Origin: the human T2T-CHM13v2.0 reference genome, Homo sapiens
Direction: 5' to 3' (one strand)
DNA: 64,000 bases
Assembly (NCBI RefSeq): GCF_009914755.1
Contig: NC_060926.1
The first letter of the stretch is position 1, and each line of letters opens with the position of its first letter. Shown here one piece after another: positions 1 to 13,620 of this stretch. Below the pieces are notes generated by a model. That model was not told the origin of the DNA, did not search any database, and was given only the letters and a program-made list of their open reading frames with translations. Position numbers and translations under genes: made by a program.

Positions 1-1494
1 CTAATTTTTCTATATGTATCCTAATTGGGACTCCAGGAGTTGAATGCAGTTCCTAAGAATGGCCGGGGCCCACACGTGGCAAGAAGGTCCGTGGGCTCCT
101 GTGCTCGTGCAGGAAGCACCATGCACAGAGGCAGGGGCCAAGGAGAGCAGGAAGGTTCCAGACGGCCTGAACACAGGGCTTACCTAAGAGTGACGGAGGC
201 AGGTCAAGAACACAGGATGAAAGCACCTTAGAAAACTTCAAGTGCTGAGAGAAATGGAAATAGAAGAAATTGGCAATACCCCTTAACTTCTTGACTCAAG
301 TGTGCCTGCCCCAGGTGGCCTCTTTAAAGCTGTGCATCTGGCTTGTGTGCATGGAGGTGGCTCTCCGTGCTGAGGTGAGGATTCACTGCCTCGGGTCTGT
401 TGGCCCTACCTCCACCTGCCCGAGTCTGCAGGAGGCCTCCTGTAGAATGTGAGGGGACTCCCTCCGCTGAGGGACAGTGTGTCCTCTGTGTGGTCTGGAG
501 AATGTTGGGCAACATGCTCACATCTCAGTCTTTGACTCAGGGTGGCTGGAGCGCAGGCAGCAGGCTCAGGTTCCAGGCAGGCTGTGCTGACTTTTCCTCA
601 CTGACCTTGTCCGCCGCCAGGTGGACTGAACTCCCTGCCAGGTGGCCTCCCTGTGTGTGTTCAGCAGGTGGCCCTGGGAGCAGAGAAGAAAGGAGTTCTG
701 TTTGTGACTCTCAAAGAGGCCAAGCTGACAGGACCAACTCTGTTCAGGGACTTTGTTTTCCTGCTCCAAGCTTCCAGGGTAGCCGATGATTAACTGAGCA
801 CTGACCTTGTGACTTGTACTCAGGGCAGGCTGGCTGGAGTCCATGGGAAGCAGGTGTTCCCCCAGGTGACACCAACAAGGAACATAACGGGGCCACAGAC
901 ACAGTCACAGACCGTAATGATGGGTCCAGGCTGGGGTCCAGCACGTTCCTAGATTCTCACACTCCTGTTCTCCGGTAAACCATGGAGCAGAATGGCTCAA
1001 AAACACAGCCTGGGGCCACTTTGCACACTCTCAGCTGCAGATGCCCAGAACTAGGGCTCCCCCTGCACCTCCTGGAGTCATCGCCTTCCTAGTGCTTCAG
1101 GTAACTGAGACCACCAGGCTCAAGGGCTGCCTCCTCCCCGTGGCCTGTGATCATCTGAAAGCATCCCGGGGTGCACACTAGTCTCTGATCTCACCGCCCT
1201 GGGCCTGGCCTCTCTGCTCAGTGGAGGAGCAGGGGACTGTCCAGGGCCTTCACATAGCCTTAGCCCTCAGCCATTCCTTCCTATCTTGAGGGCATTCTTT
1301 GCCTTTTCCTCTCCTTGAATAGGATAGGAAGTCATTTGTATCAAATCCTCCAGGGCTTGAACCTTTACTCTCTCCTCTTTTGCCTCAACGTTTCCCCTCT
1401 GCTCCCCTGGAAGCTGCCTCTACTTTTGGCCAGATTTCTAGAGTTTGATGGCCAGGTTTGGCCTAGTCCAATTTTGCGGGTTTTGTTTGTTCGT

Positions 1495-1990
1495 TTGTTT
1501 TTACTGTCTCTACTGAGATATCACTGGCATACCATACAATTCACTCATTTGCAGTCTACAGTTTTATTTTATAATTTATTCCTAAGGTTGTACAATCATC
1601 ACCACAATATAATTCCAGAACATTTTCATCAACCAAAAAAAATCCGGTACCCATCCTCAGTCACTTGCCACCACCCCCAACCACTAGGGGCTTATTCTGG
1701 AAGTGTTATCTAAATATACTTATATAATAAGTAACATTTTATGTCTGGCTTCTTTCACTTAACAAAACATTGTCAAGGTTCACCCATATTGTATCATGTA
1801 GAAATCATTTTTTATTACTAAATAGTGTTCTATTGTATGGATATGCCACATTTTATTTAGTCATTCATTGACGAACACTTACATAAAAGTTTTCATGAAC
1901 ATATGTTTTTATGATTTCTAGACATATACCTAGGTGTTGATTTGCTGTGTCATATAGTATCTCTGCATTTAACACTTTGAGAATTGCAGT
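1495..1990 (-). mobile_element. Old L1M (L1MB/L1ME-like) 3' end fragment
   Basis: Antisense L1M 3'UTR-like text: 'ataccatacaattcactcattt', 'tacaatcatcaccacaat...ttccagaacattttcatc', 'tctggcttctttcacttaac'. Confidence 0.7.
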
Positions 1991-2320
1991 TATTAATATA
2001 TAAGTTAAACAAAATAAAAACGTACTTTCAGAAAAAAGGTAATCTTCCTTTTTCTGTATGGAACCAATCACAAATTGGCATTTCCTGGGAAATATGGAGA
2101 ATCTTGATGTTTCTGAGCCTGCAACAGTGGGCAGGTAGTTGAGAGAGATGTGCCTCTTTTCTGCCTTCCATCTGCCTGTGGACTGAGAGCCTTGGGCTCA
2201 GAGGCAGGGCAGAGGCAATAATTAAAGTTTGCTCACAAAGACTGGGATATTTGGATTAGCCTCAGATAGTGTTTTTCTCACCTATAAGACTGAGTAGGGA
2301 TGACATCCCTCTTTCACATG

Positions 2321-2360
2321 TTTTGTTGTTGTTGTTTTTTTTTTTTTTTTTTTTTTTTTT
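2321..2360. repeat. (TTG)n followed by a T26 homopolymer
   Basis: Directly visible. Confidence 0.9.
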
Positions 2361-3679
2361 GGTGGCGGAGTAATGGCATTTGTGGATGCCATGGGTTCAT
2401 TTTGACATGTCTGGTCTTTGCTGAGTGAAAATCACTGTCCTTCCAGAATAGGCTTGAGCAAGTTTACTTTCCTTCTCATCAAGGCTGGCGTGAGCGATAA
2501 GGAAAGAGGTCCTGGTCTTTGTTCTCATTTCCACATCTGCCCTTGTGGCTCTTCTTCCCCTGGTGCTGCCCCCACTGGCGACCACAGCCCTGCCCTTGTT
2601 TTCTGTGCTGGTTGTGTTGCCGTGACTAGGAGAGAGCCTGGGTCTAAGTAAGTGATGATACGTGCTTTTTATTTGAGTGAACCAGTGACCCCTGTCACCC
2701 AGGCTGCAGGAGTCAGCTGACTTTGGATGTGCAGTAGGATACTTCAACCACAGTAAGGGCTCATTTGAGAAAAGAGGCAGTAAGTTTACAGCGGCTCTAA
2801 TCTGCCATGCTATGTGTAGCTGCTATGATTAATAGTCGCCACCGGCTTTTGTGAAAACATGAGACTCCCTCTATATTTTTTAAAACTGCACTCATTCCAA
2901 GCTTCCTTCTAGCTCAACAGCAGGAAAATTAAATTTAGTTCATCTATTAAACTCAATCCAGTCCAAAAACTTTCTAGTACTTTTCTTTTGAAGTAGAGAC
3001 TGTATTTCCCACTTTAAAAGAGAGGAATATGATGTTATTTGTGTCTTATACCACTATCAGATGACTAAAAACCTTTTACTTTAGGGCGAGGTTGGACTCT
3101 GCATTCCTATTGCTAGCACAGAGCTGTGGTGAGTCAAATTGGAGCCTGAGATTTTGATGCTTCTTCATGTTGATTTTTGGGTTAATTCGGATTAATTGTA
3201 TTGCATTCAAATATTATTCATGATGACTGGTTTCTGGCATCCCTTTGTTATATACCTGAGAAAAGTGAGGGACTTTGTTAACTTGGTATCCTCCATGGCC
3301 TAGCATGTAATCAGCTCTCAGTAAATATTTGCTGAATTTGGGAATTAAGAAGAGACTCATGATTGTGGTTTTTGTTTGTTTGTTTGTTTTGCATCTGGAC
3401 AATCTCTGTAGACACTGCATTCTCCAGGTAGTCTTCAAAGCCAATGCACAGAATCCGAAGATACAGGTCATGCAATAGGCTCCACCCAGTAAGGCATAGT
3501 AGCACTCATGGGATCCACAGCATTCATGGAGTACAGATGTGGGGGTTGTGAGCAGTTTGGGGACTAGAATGCTCTCAAGTATACACCTTTAGGAAACTAG
3601 GAGCTTTAACAATTCTGGGTCCCATTCCCTTGGCACAGTGAAGTTAAAAAGAGAGCACACTTTAAAGCAAATCATGGTT

Positions 3680-3890
3680 CAGAGCAGTGGAGAAATGAAA
3701 CATGGACTTGGCCCTAGAAAGAACTGGGCACAAATGCTGACTCTACCGCCTACTGGCTATGTCACAGGACAAGGGATCTGACCTCCCTGAGTCTTTATTT
3801 CTCTGTGTAAACAATGGACCCAATCCTATTAATTTCAGATAACTGCATGGAGAACTGCATGACCATAGGGTAAGAGGCAAGTGCACACAT
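3680..3890 (+). mobile_element. MIR SINE
   Basis: Degenerate MIR core 'ctggctatgtcacaggacaagggatctgacctccctgagtctttatttctctgtgtaaacaatgg'. Confidence 0.6.
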
Positions 3891-6800
3891 GTTATGGAGA
3901 GAATCTTCAATAAGGGGTGTCTTATAGCACTGCTAAGTTCAGTGGCCACATGAGAACTTATTTGAATGATGACCGACTGTTAACCCGTCAACTAGTGGGA
4001 TCTACCCTGATGGCTCTGGGGCCAGCAGCTACTAAACTTACACCAGAGTGTATGTGAACAAAGACTAATTTGTAATTTGTGCAATTTAGTGTTCACATCC
4101 TCCAGAGACATAGCTGAGGTTTGTGCTATGGCTGCCAAGCACTGCCATTTATTCCTGCTGCAGCTAGAGCTGGGGCAGAATCCAATCTCATCACAAGTAC
4201 TTTAGATTCCTTGGAAGAAAGGGTTTCTGTTGAATATTAATATAAACTGTTATTATAGATACCCGCCAAAGTCGCCTTTTTATTTTGTATCTCATCAGAG
4301 GTTGTAAAATAAAACCTTCCAGGAAATATGCAGTTGATTGGCTTTGATTCATTCCAACAATGATTTGCAAAATTGGGACTTCAATCTTCTTGGATGTGTA
4401 CATTTATATACCTGACATCACATACCAGAGAGAGTTAGGCTGGGTAAATAGGCTTCCATTTAACCCTGGGTCACTAATGCTTTTCCACTGGCATGATGCA
4501 TGATGAAGGGATGAGTGGGCTGAAGTCAGACATAGCTTCAAATATGTGAGCTTTGTTGGCCTTGGGATGTCTGGGCATTTGAAGGAAAGTTTGCGCAAAG
4601 GGAAAGTTCTCCTTCCATCTCCTTTCATTTCCACTGCTGGGGTTAGGCTCTTTTTCTTCTTTTCCTCTGTGTTTGCAACACATTGTCTTTCCTTTGCCAT
4701 CTGGCTGTGTTCTCTACTATTGTTCCCTGGCCTGGAGATTCTCTCGGCTCTGTCGACAGCTCCTTCTTCTTGTTTGCTGTGTGTGTGTTTGTCTTTCTGG
4801 GATGAAGTTTGTTTTTCAAGCTCTGACAGACTGGCAAGGCAAACAAGGTTGCCATTTTTGTTTTGTTTTGTTTTTATGAGTATGGCAATTTTTAGCCCTT
4901 TGAAAACAATCCGGAGACTTGGGAGGTTATAATTCGGGATGCCATGTGTATAGGCATACATTCAGAGCTTATTGTGGCTGAGGAAACGAACTGAGGAAAG
5001 GAGGTGGAAGACAGATTAATGTGGATGATTTATAAATTGTAAAGGGACCAAGCTCCTGACAGAACTAAAAGATGAAACAGCAGAAAGGGAAGGAATTTTA
5101 GAGAATATTTTGAAAAGTTAATGTTGAAGAATATGTTTATGTCTGTATATACATATGTATATAGAGTGCATAAATAAACATTGCATCTCACACATACACT
5201 TACCTCCTGCTTATATATGTCAGGCTTCTGGCAACCTCATTCTTTTAGAATCCACAGGAGTAAAGACAAAAGGGTCCCTGAATGTGGTAAATAGTGATCT
5301 CAAAGTTATGCCGTAGGCATGGGACACACCTCTATCTCCATTTGGCAGATAAAAAAACCAGAGGGTCAAAGAACTTCCACAACTTGCTTCAAATGAAAGA
5401 GCTGTGAAACCACAGAGCCAAGGGTAAACTCTAGGCTTACTTTTGGATCCAGGTTGAACCTGGAGGCCTCAGTGTCAGAATGATCTCAAAAGGTGCAGAA
5501 TCTGAGATACATCTGTGAAATCCCACCACTTACCTCTAGATATTAGCAGTTAGTCCCATGAGAAGCAGAGTTATTCAAAAGAAGGTCTTAGGACTGGGTC
5601 TAGGCAATGATTTTCTTTAAGGATGCATGCAAAGGTAGAGGTCATTTGGGAAAGAAAATTAACAGCATACCTTAGAGCTCATCTTTCTTTACAACAGTCC
5701 TCTCTTTTTACTATATATTTCATTCTCCATTTAGACATGACAGCTCTTTGGGAGTATGAGATGTATTTATTTACAGTAATTTTGACTTAGATCTTTTTAC
5801 AAGTCTCATCTTTACCATCAGTTAGCTGTTTTGGCTATGAGGACACCCATATTTTAAAGGTGAACGTTACTGAATTCTCAGAGTCATATATCTTGCTTGG
5901 AATCTGATCACACTGCAAGCCTTCATCTTTAGAAAAAAACAAAGAGGAAACTAGTTGTGAAAGTATATTGGGGATTTAAGAGCTAAACAAGAGAAGATTA
6001 TTTTTACTATTATGAGTAAAGTACTAATTTTTGCAAAGCAGTGCCAGTAGTGGATCCAAACCAAGCCTGCCTCTCTGGTTATGGCCTATGGTTTCCTGAA
6101 TCCTCAAATGACATAAGAACATGTCTGAGCTTGAATACTCAACCCCAGACTTCCTAAGAACCTAGATTTGATCTGAAATTCACTAACTCCAAATGATGGA
6201 ATGGTCTCCAACCAACACAGAAAAAAATGTTTCAGAGTTACTGTCTTTTGTTATAAGAGTCTACACCATTTCTGGTAGAAATTGATGTTATAAAAACAAC
6301 ACATTCAAATGGTAAAAGTGAGTCAACATGTTTGTAAGCCCTTTGAAGGCAGAGGCTGCTGCCTCTCTACTGCTTACTCAGCTCAATGGGCTTCAGTAGG
6401 AGGATCTCATTGCATGAAGTCTTCTGGTTTTGTGGAAAAGTACTTCATTGGCTTGTGGCGATGGTCCTGGAGAAAGATCTCTTCCTTCCCCACCCCCCTT
6501 TCCTGTTTTATACTTTTTAAATTTTCTTTGGTATTAATGAACAAAGAACAGTTAAACACCATCAGTCAATTTATCATAACTAACTGTTCCATCATTTGGT
6601 AATGAATAGTGTAAATGACTGGTAGGAGAATAATAACAGCAGTGAAGATATTATGAAGGACCTTTTATATTCTCAGCCATGTAGATGAAGCTACACGGTA
6701 CAGAAAACTGACACTCCATTGAACACACTTATTTCTCAATGTGAATACCATATCCACAATAAAACAGAAAAAAAACCCAGGGCTGTCAACTGTGTTTTGG

Positions 6801-7006
6801 AAAGTGTTCATGGGAAGACACAAGCATAACATGGAGGTGTTAAATGGCAGATCTGTGATAAATAAATGTGTTATTTTGATGTATACGAGTGATAATTGGA
6901 TTTTAAATTACCCAAATATAAAGAATAGAATCTATAGTGCAAGAAGTTTAGTTATGAAAAGAATTATTTAAAAAAGCTCTCTCAGCCTTACATACAATTT
7001 AAAAAT

Positions 7007-7035
7007 ACACACACACACACACACACGCACACACA
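7007..7035. repeat. (CA)n microsatellite
   Basis: Directly visible, one CG interruption. Confidence 0.9.
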
Positions 7036-7387
7036 TATATTGGGAATACCCTGAGTTTCCATTTTCCAGTCACAGACTTCTCGATAAAGTATCGTGACAA
7101 GTTCATAAAGGATGAAATGAAATTCCTCTTAACCTCTATCTGTTTATGAAGAATGAGGATTAAACAAGAATTTCTAACCAATGAGGCATTCTATAAATTC
7201 TTGCTGCTATTGCTTTGTATATCAGTAGCCTAATATGCCATGGAGTAGGACTACACAGCCTCCTAGGAACATGAGAACATTGTCAGAAGAAAAAAAGGTT
7301 ATGTATAAAAGTATGTCATTCTTTTATTCATACTTCACTTATTCAATGGATGTTGGTTAAACATTGTTATTTACCATGCACTCTTTA

Positions 7388-7771
7388 TGGTATGGTTTGG
7401 CTCTGTGTCCCCACCCAAATCTCATCTCGAATTGTAATCCCCAAGCATCCAGGAAGGGACCTGTAATCCCCGCATGTCAAGGAAGGGAGGTGATTGGTTC
7501 ATAGGGACAGTTTCCCCCTGTTGTTCTTATGATAGTGAGTGAGTTCTTATGATACCTGATGGCTTTCTAAGTGTTTGACAGTTCCTCCTTCACATGCTGT
7601 CTCTACTGCCACCTTGTGAAGAAGATGCCTGCTTCCCCTTCTACCATGATTGTGAATATCATGAGCCGCACCCCAGCCATGCAGAACTGTGAGTCAATTA
7701 AACCTCCTTTGTTTATAAATTACCCAGTCTTGGGTAATATCTTCATAGCAGTGTGAAAACAGGCTAATACA
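7388..7771 (+). mobile_element. THE1D-like solo LTR (ERVL-MaLR)
   Basis: Starts 'tggtatggtttggctctgtgtccccacccaaatctcatc', contains 'gtgagtcaattaaacctc', ends 'ctaataca'; flanks cttta/ctcta form a 4/5 TSD. Confidence 0.9.
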
Positions 7772-7794
7772 CTCTATTTCATCCTTTCAATGAA

Positions 7795-7930
7795 TTTTGT
7801 TATTTAATCTTTACAATAGCAGTAGGCGAGTGATACCAGCATTATGCCCATTTCAGACTTGAGGAAACTGACATACATAATTTGAGAAACTTGGCTAAAG
7901 TCATGCAGCCTTCAAATAGCAAGCCTGAGA
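7795..7930 (-). mobile_element. MIR SINE fragment
   Basis: 'attatgcccatttcagacttgaggaaactgac...acttggctaaagtcatgcag'. Confidence 0.6.
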
Positions 7931-8516
7931 TTATCTCCTGTGAGTGACGTGCACGTCAGGCTCACTGAAACAGAAAATGGAGGGCCTGGTCATCTCAGGA
8001 TCTGATTTGTCCTTGAAAGATTTGGCCTCTGTGTTTGGGAGAGTCTCCGGATGGTTATAACTTTGTGATAATAAATGGCTGATGGTAAATGTGGGTGTTA
8101 TGATCAAGCAAATTAAGATAGAAAGCAGAGATGTGGAAATAAATTATTTCTATCTGGATACTCCATATGGATCTCAGAAAGCTTGAATACAGATAGAGGA
8201 GTTCTTAACAATGAGAGATTTAGAAACAGGCTTTGATCTTTTTCCCTTTCTGGTCAACTATGTATTTAATTCTTCCTAAACTTTCATTAAGTTTTATTGC
8301 ATATACTACTAGTAGCATAAAGGTAAATTTGAGTAAACATAACCTCTGAGTTTTTATGAATCCAAAGTCAGGGTATCCTAAATACTAACAGTGTTCTTAT
8401 TCAGATATTTTGCAACTAATGAGGCCTTTATGATGGTAATGTTTCCTTCTAGTAAGATTAAAGAATCATACAATAAAACAGTCCACATTTCTGTATGGAA
8501 AAGCTATCTTCCACTA

Positions 8517-8578
8517 CAGGTTAGTGCAAAAGTAATTGCGGTTTTTGCCATTAAAAAGTCGCTTTTGCGCCAACCTAA
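8517..8578. mobile_element. MADE1 (Hsmar1-derived MITE), internally deleted
   Basis: 'aggttagtgcaaaagtaattgcggtttttgccatta...cttttgcgccaacctaa' matches the Hsmar1 TIRs; TA dinucleotides at 8515-8516 and 8579-8580. Confidence 0.85.
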
Positions 8579-8734
8579 TATTATTTCAAACAATGGATGG
8601 TAACAATTTTATGCAGGCTCTCATCAATATGTGAAGATCATAAATGGAAAATAGATTTAAAAAATACTACAGGCAGAAAGTCAAAAAAGGTTTATCTGAT
8701 TTTGCACTCATGACATTTAAGATGAGAGAAGTGA

Positions 8735-9479
<745 letters not shown>

Positions 9480-10398
9480 TTAGGCTGATTCTGGCAATCC
9501 CTCTTTAATCTGTCATTTTAATATGGTTGGTGATATTGAACAACACAAGTGAATTTAAATATTGACATAATCAATGTGGTAATGTGATTTAAAAATGGAG
9601 GAAAAAGATAATTTCAAAGGAAGAGACTCATGGCAAATGTGCCGTGGCATGATAAATACTATGGGGCAGGAAATGTGTGCCCATGGGAATCAGCATCAAG
9701 GACAATGAGATGAAAGCCACAGTTTTGGGTTGTCTAAAGTTACTAGTTACAGTGGCAAGATATGATTGCAAAAGCAAATTAAAATATCAGTTATCATATA
9801 GAACATAATGAGTAGCACAAATCCATCTTGGACTCTTATCTGATAAAAGTTAATAATTTATTAATATGAGGACGATATCATTATTAGTGGTTACTGTCCT
9901 AATATAGTAATTGGTAGAGAATAAGGAGAAAATCAGCCATTGCAAAAGAGTAGGAATTGAAATGAAAATATCTGAATCCTAGTCTTTGCTTCATCATTAA
10001 GTAGCTATGTGCCATGCCTTAACGTAGAATTAGTGAAAGTTCTGAAAGGTAGAATGTGAGCAAAAGTCTTTTAAAGAACTATAAACAAAACACAAGTGAT
10101 TTTCACATCCAAGATTTTATATCGGGTATTTTAGCAAAGATATTTCTTTTGTCCTACGTATATCTCTTTTTTGTTTATTTATTTAGGATGTAAAATATGT
10201 ACAGTAGTGAGGCATTGAAATGTCATTAAGCCTTGTGTTATGGTTTATATACCTTAAAGAAAAAGGATTTGAAGAATTTTACTAATCTCAGTTGCCTCTC
10301 AATTGCCCATGATGATTATCAGGTTTTGGGAGGGAACACAGTCAAGTTATCCAGTATTATACCAACCCTTAAGTTAAGAAATAAATCATAAATTTTAG

Positions 10399-10709
<311 letters not shown>

Positions 10710-10724
10710 AAATCATAAATTTTA

Positions 10725-12950
10725 ATAAAAATAAAAATAAAAAACTGTACAATGACAAAAATCAAACATATCAAACTTAGAGGATTCATCTTAATATTTT
10801 AAAAAAGAGTTAATAAACTTAAATGATTATATTTTTGAAAAAAGTTTGAAAATTAATAAGCTAAGCATCAAATGTATAGAGAATGAATTATTAAAAAAAT
10901 AAAAAATAGAAGGAAAGATAGGAAAGGCCAGAAATGAATGCAAAACAAGATACAATGGTCACATTAATAATGCTACAATGTAATTTCCTAATAAAAATTG
11001 ATAAACCTCAAATAAGATTTAATAGGCAAAAATGAGAGAAAGTATAACCAAATATTGGGAATAAAAAAGAAAACATTGCTAAATAGATAGTAGAGATCTA
11101 AAATATGAGAATATTTTGATCAACCTTACATCAATACATTTAAACAAAACAGAGAAAACAGAAAACTTTCTTAAAATAATAATGTTCCAAAGCAGACTCA
11201 ATAAGAAATGGAGAAAAAGAACAGTTTTATAAGCATTGAAGAAAATGAATTAGTAGCTCAAAATATTTTCAGGAAGGAAATGACAAGCCTAGACAGTGTG
11301 ATAAGCAATCTCTAACATCCTAGGAATAAATAATTCTAATTATAGGTGAACATTCCCAGAGAGTAAAAGAGGAGGGAATATTTTCCAATTAATTTTGTAA
11401 AGATGGTACAACTTTGACACCAAAACTAGGCAAAGTTAGTACAAGAAAAAATATTAAAAGTAAATTTAATTTTTAAATATATGTGGGAAAAATCTAGAAA
11501 ATATTAACAAACCATATCTAATAATGTATAGAAAAGATAATATAAAATGAAACATTTTGGTTTATTCCAGAAATTCATGATTTAGTTTCACATTTAAAAA
11601 TCCATTAATACAACTTACAATATTAACACATTTAGGAAGAAAAATGATCTTAATATACATAGATAATTTTCTTAACATTTACCATCCACTTATGATAAAA
11701 ATGATTAGTAAAATGGAAAGAGAAGAAAACTGCCTTAATATATTAGAATATTTCATTAAGTAGAGAAAAGTTAAATAATTTCCTCTGAACTCAGAAAAAG
11801 ACAAGGATGCTCACCAGGACACTGCTATGCAACATTTTACTAAATATTTAAGCCCAAGATATAAGACAAGAAAAATTATTGATAGACTGGGAAGTCAAAA
11901 ACAATATTGTCAGTATTTGCTGATGCTGTGATTTTCTATAAAGAAAACACAAATTTCTATACCTTTATATAGAAATCATTAGCATTATTATAAGCGTGTA
12001 GCAAGACTGATGAATTTGAAATCATTATGTAAGGGTCAACTGTACTTTTCTACCACATAGATAAACTACCCAAAAGATGGAAGGTAAAATACCTAAAAAT
12101 AAGTCTGATACTAAATAAATGCATCTTATTCATGAAAAAAATTATTAAGATATTAAAAATATTGAAAAGGAGTTAAATTCACTGAGAGCTCATTCTAATG
12201 CATAAAAATACAGCAATGTAAAGACAACAGTTGTGCACAAGGATAGAAATAGGTGAGTGGAACAGAAAATAAGAACCCAGAAACAGATCAATGGTCAAAA
12301 AATTTCAATACATGAAGCCAGAAAAGATGTATGATTGTATGGAAAAATAAAAGAAGATTTCTATTTCAGACTCTACACACAAATACATCTCATATAGCTT
12401 AAGGTTTATATGTGAAAGTAATAAAAAACTCTTTCATATCTGTATGTTTGGTACCCAGAATACTCACTACTGTTGAGGTCGTGGTGCAACACTGCCTGTG
12501 CAGGAATGGAGACAGGTTCAGGAATGTCCACAGCAGAACCGGTTGCTGCAGGAGACTGAAAACCACCCAAATGTCAATTGAAGGAACACAGACAATGTTT
12601 AGTAAAGAAAAAAAAAATACCGTGGCTGCAATCACTATGTAAAGCAGGAAAGATCAATGAATTATAGGTGCCTGACATCAACATGGAAAGAAAGGTGGAG
12701 TGGAGAAAGAAAACACATTGTGAAGAACAAATACTACATAATTGCGGTTATATAAGTTTCAAAAGGTAATATGTTGTTTAGAGAGTCATACTTTTATGAA
12801 AAAGTCATTCTTATTTAAATAGGAAGGGATGGTAAAATCACAGTTGAGGAGAGTGGCCAACTCCACACTGTGAAAAAGGGGACTGAGCCAAGAAGGGCAC
12901 AGGCGGCTTCAAATGTTTTGACATGATTCTCATTCCTATCTGAGAGTACA
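10725..12950 (+). mobile_element. Highly decayed L1M (L1ME-like) ORF2 and 3' region
   Basis: A-rich sequence with ORF2 landmarks ('aaattgataaacctc', 'gaggagggaatattttccaattaatttt', 'aagacaaggatgctcacc') and 3'UTR-like 'aaaaccacccaaatgtcaatt'; probably starts ~10370, before the AluY. Confidence 0.75.
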
Positions 12951-12980
12951 TGCATGAGACCCCATTTCAACTGCATTCTC

Positions 12981-12993
12981 CTATCTATCCATC

Positions 12994-13044
<51 letters not shown>

Positions 13045-13082
13045 CATCATCTATCTATCTATCTATCATCTATCTATCTATC
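12981..13082. repeat. Compound (ATCT)n/(GATA)n tetranucleotide STR
   Basis: [ATCT]12 ATCC ATC [ATCT]4 ATC [ATCT]3 ATC. Confidence 0.97.
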
Positions 13083-13440
13083 ACTTTATAATTAAAACAA
13101 GGAAAGAAAGGAAGGGAGTGGAGGCGGGGAGGAAGGAAGGTAATGGGATATCCCCTCATTTCTCCCAGTTCATCTTTGAATCTAGTGCAAAGAAACTGGG
13201 AAGACATTCACAAGTTTACAAGATCACAGGGTATCTGAGTGGAGTAAAGGAACTGAGAGACAGAGCCTCTGGACTCTGTTCTGCAGAATCAGGAGGTGAG
13301 CCTGGGGGTTAAAGAGCTGAAGGAGAGCGCAGGACACTGAGTTGGGGGCCAGGAACATAAGAGCTTTGGGTCTACACCAGGGAATGTGTCTAGTCCGATT
13401 GCAGAGGACTCTGAGTGAATTTTGCAGGAAGGAGCCGGAT

Positions 13441-13620
13441 CAGGAGGAAGTTGCCTTCTGAAGTGCCTGGATGAGCCTCCTGGGCAACTGATGAGAGAGC
13501 GCAGGAGGAAGTTGCCTTCTGAAGTGCCTGGATGAGCCTCCTGGGCAATTGATGAGAGAGCGCAGGAGGAAGTTGCCTTCTGAAGTGCCTGGATGAGCCT
13601 CCTGGGCAACTGATGAGAGA
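13441..13620. repeat. 61-bp minisatellite, ~2.95 copies
   Basis: Units at 13441, 13502 and 13563; only one substitution (caact/caatt) among copies. Confidence 0.97.

Noticed and set aside
2335-2420. T26 tract as the tail of a processed pseudogene
   Set aside because: No adjacent polyadenylation signal, TSD or recognisable transcript body.
4404-4961. Longest ORF (185 aa, minus strand)
   Set aside because: No recognisable domain; low-complexity K/Q/T runs come from antisense T-rich sequence; the length is compatible with chance.
12950-13312. ORF with (SIYL)n repeats
   Set aside because: Translation of the ATCT STR.
13441-13620. Direct repeats as a CRISPR-like array
   Set aside because: The units are head-to-tail with no unique spacers, there are no cas genes, and the context is primate DNA.
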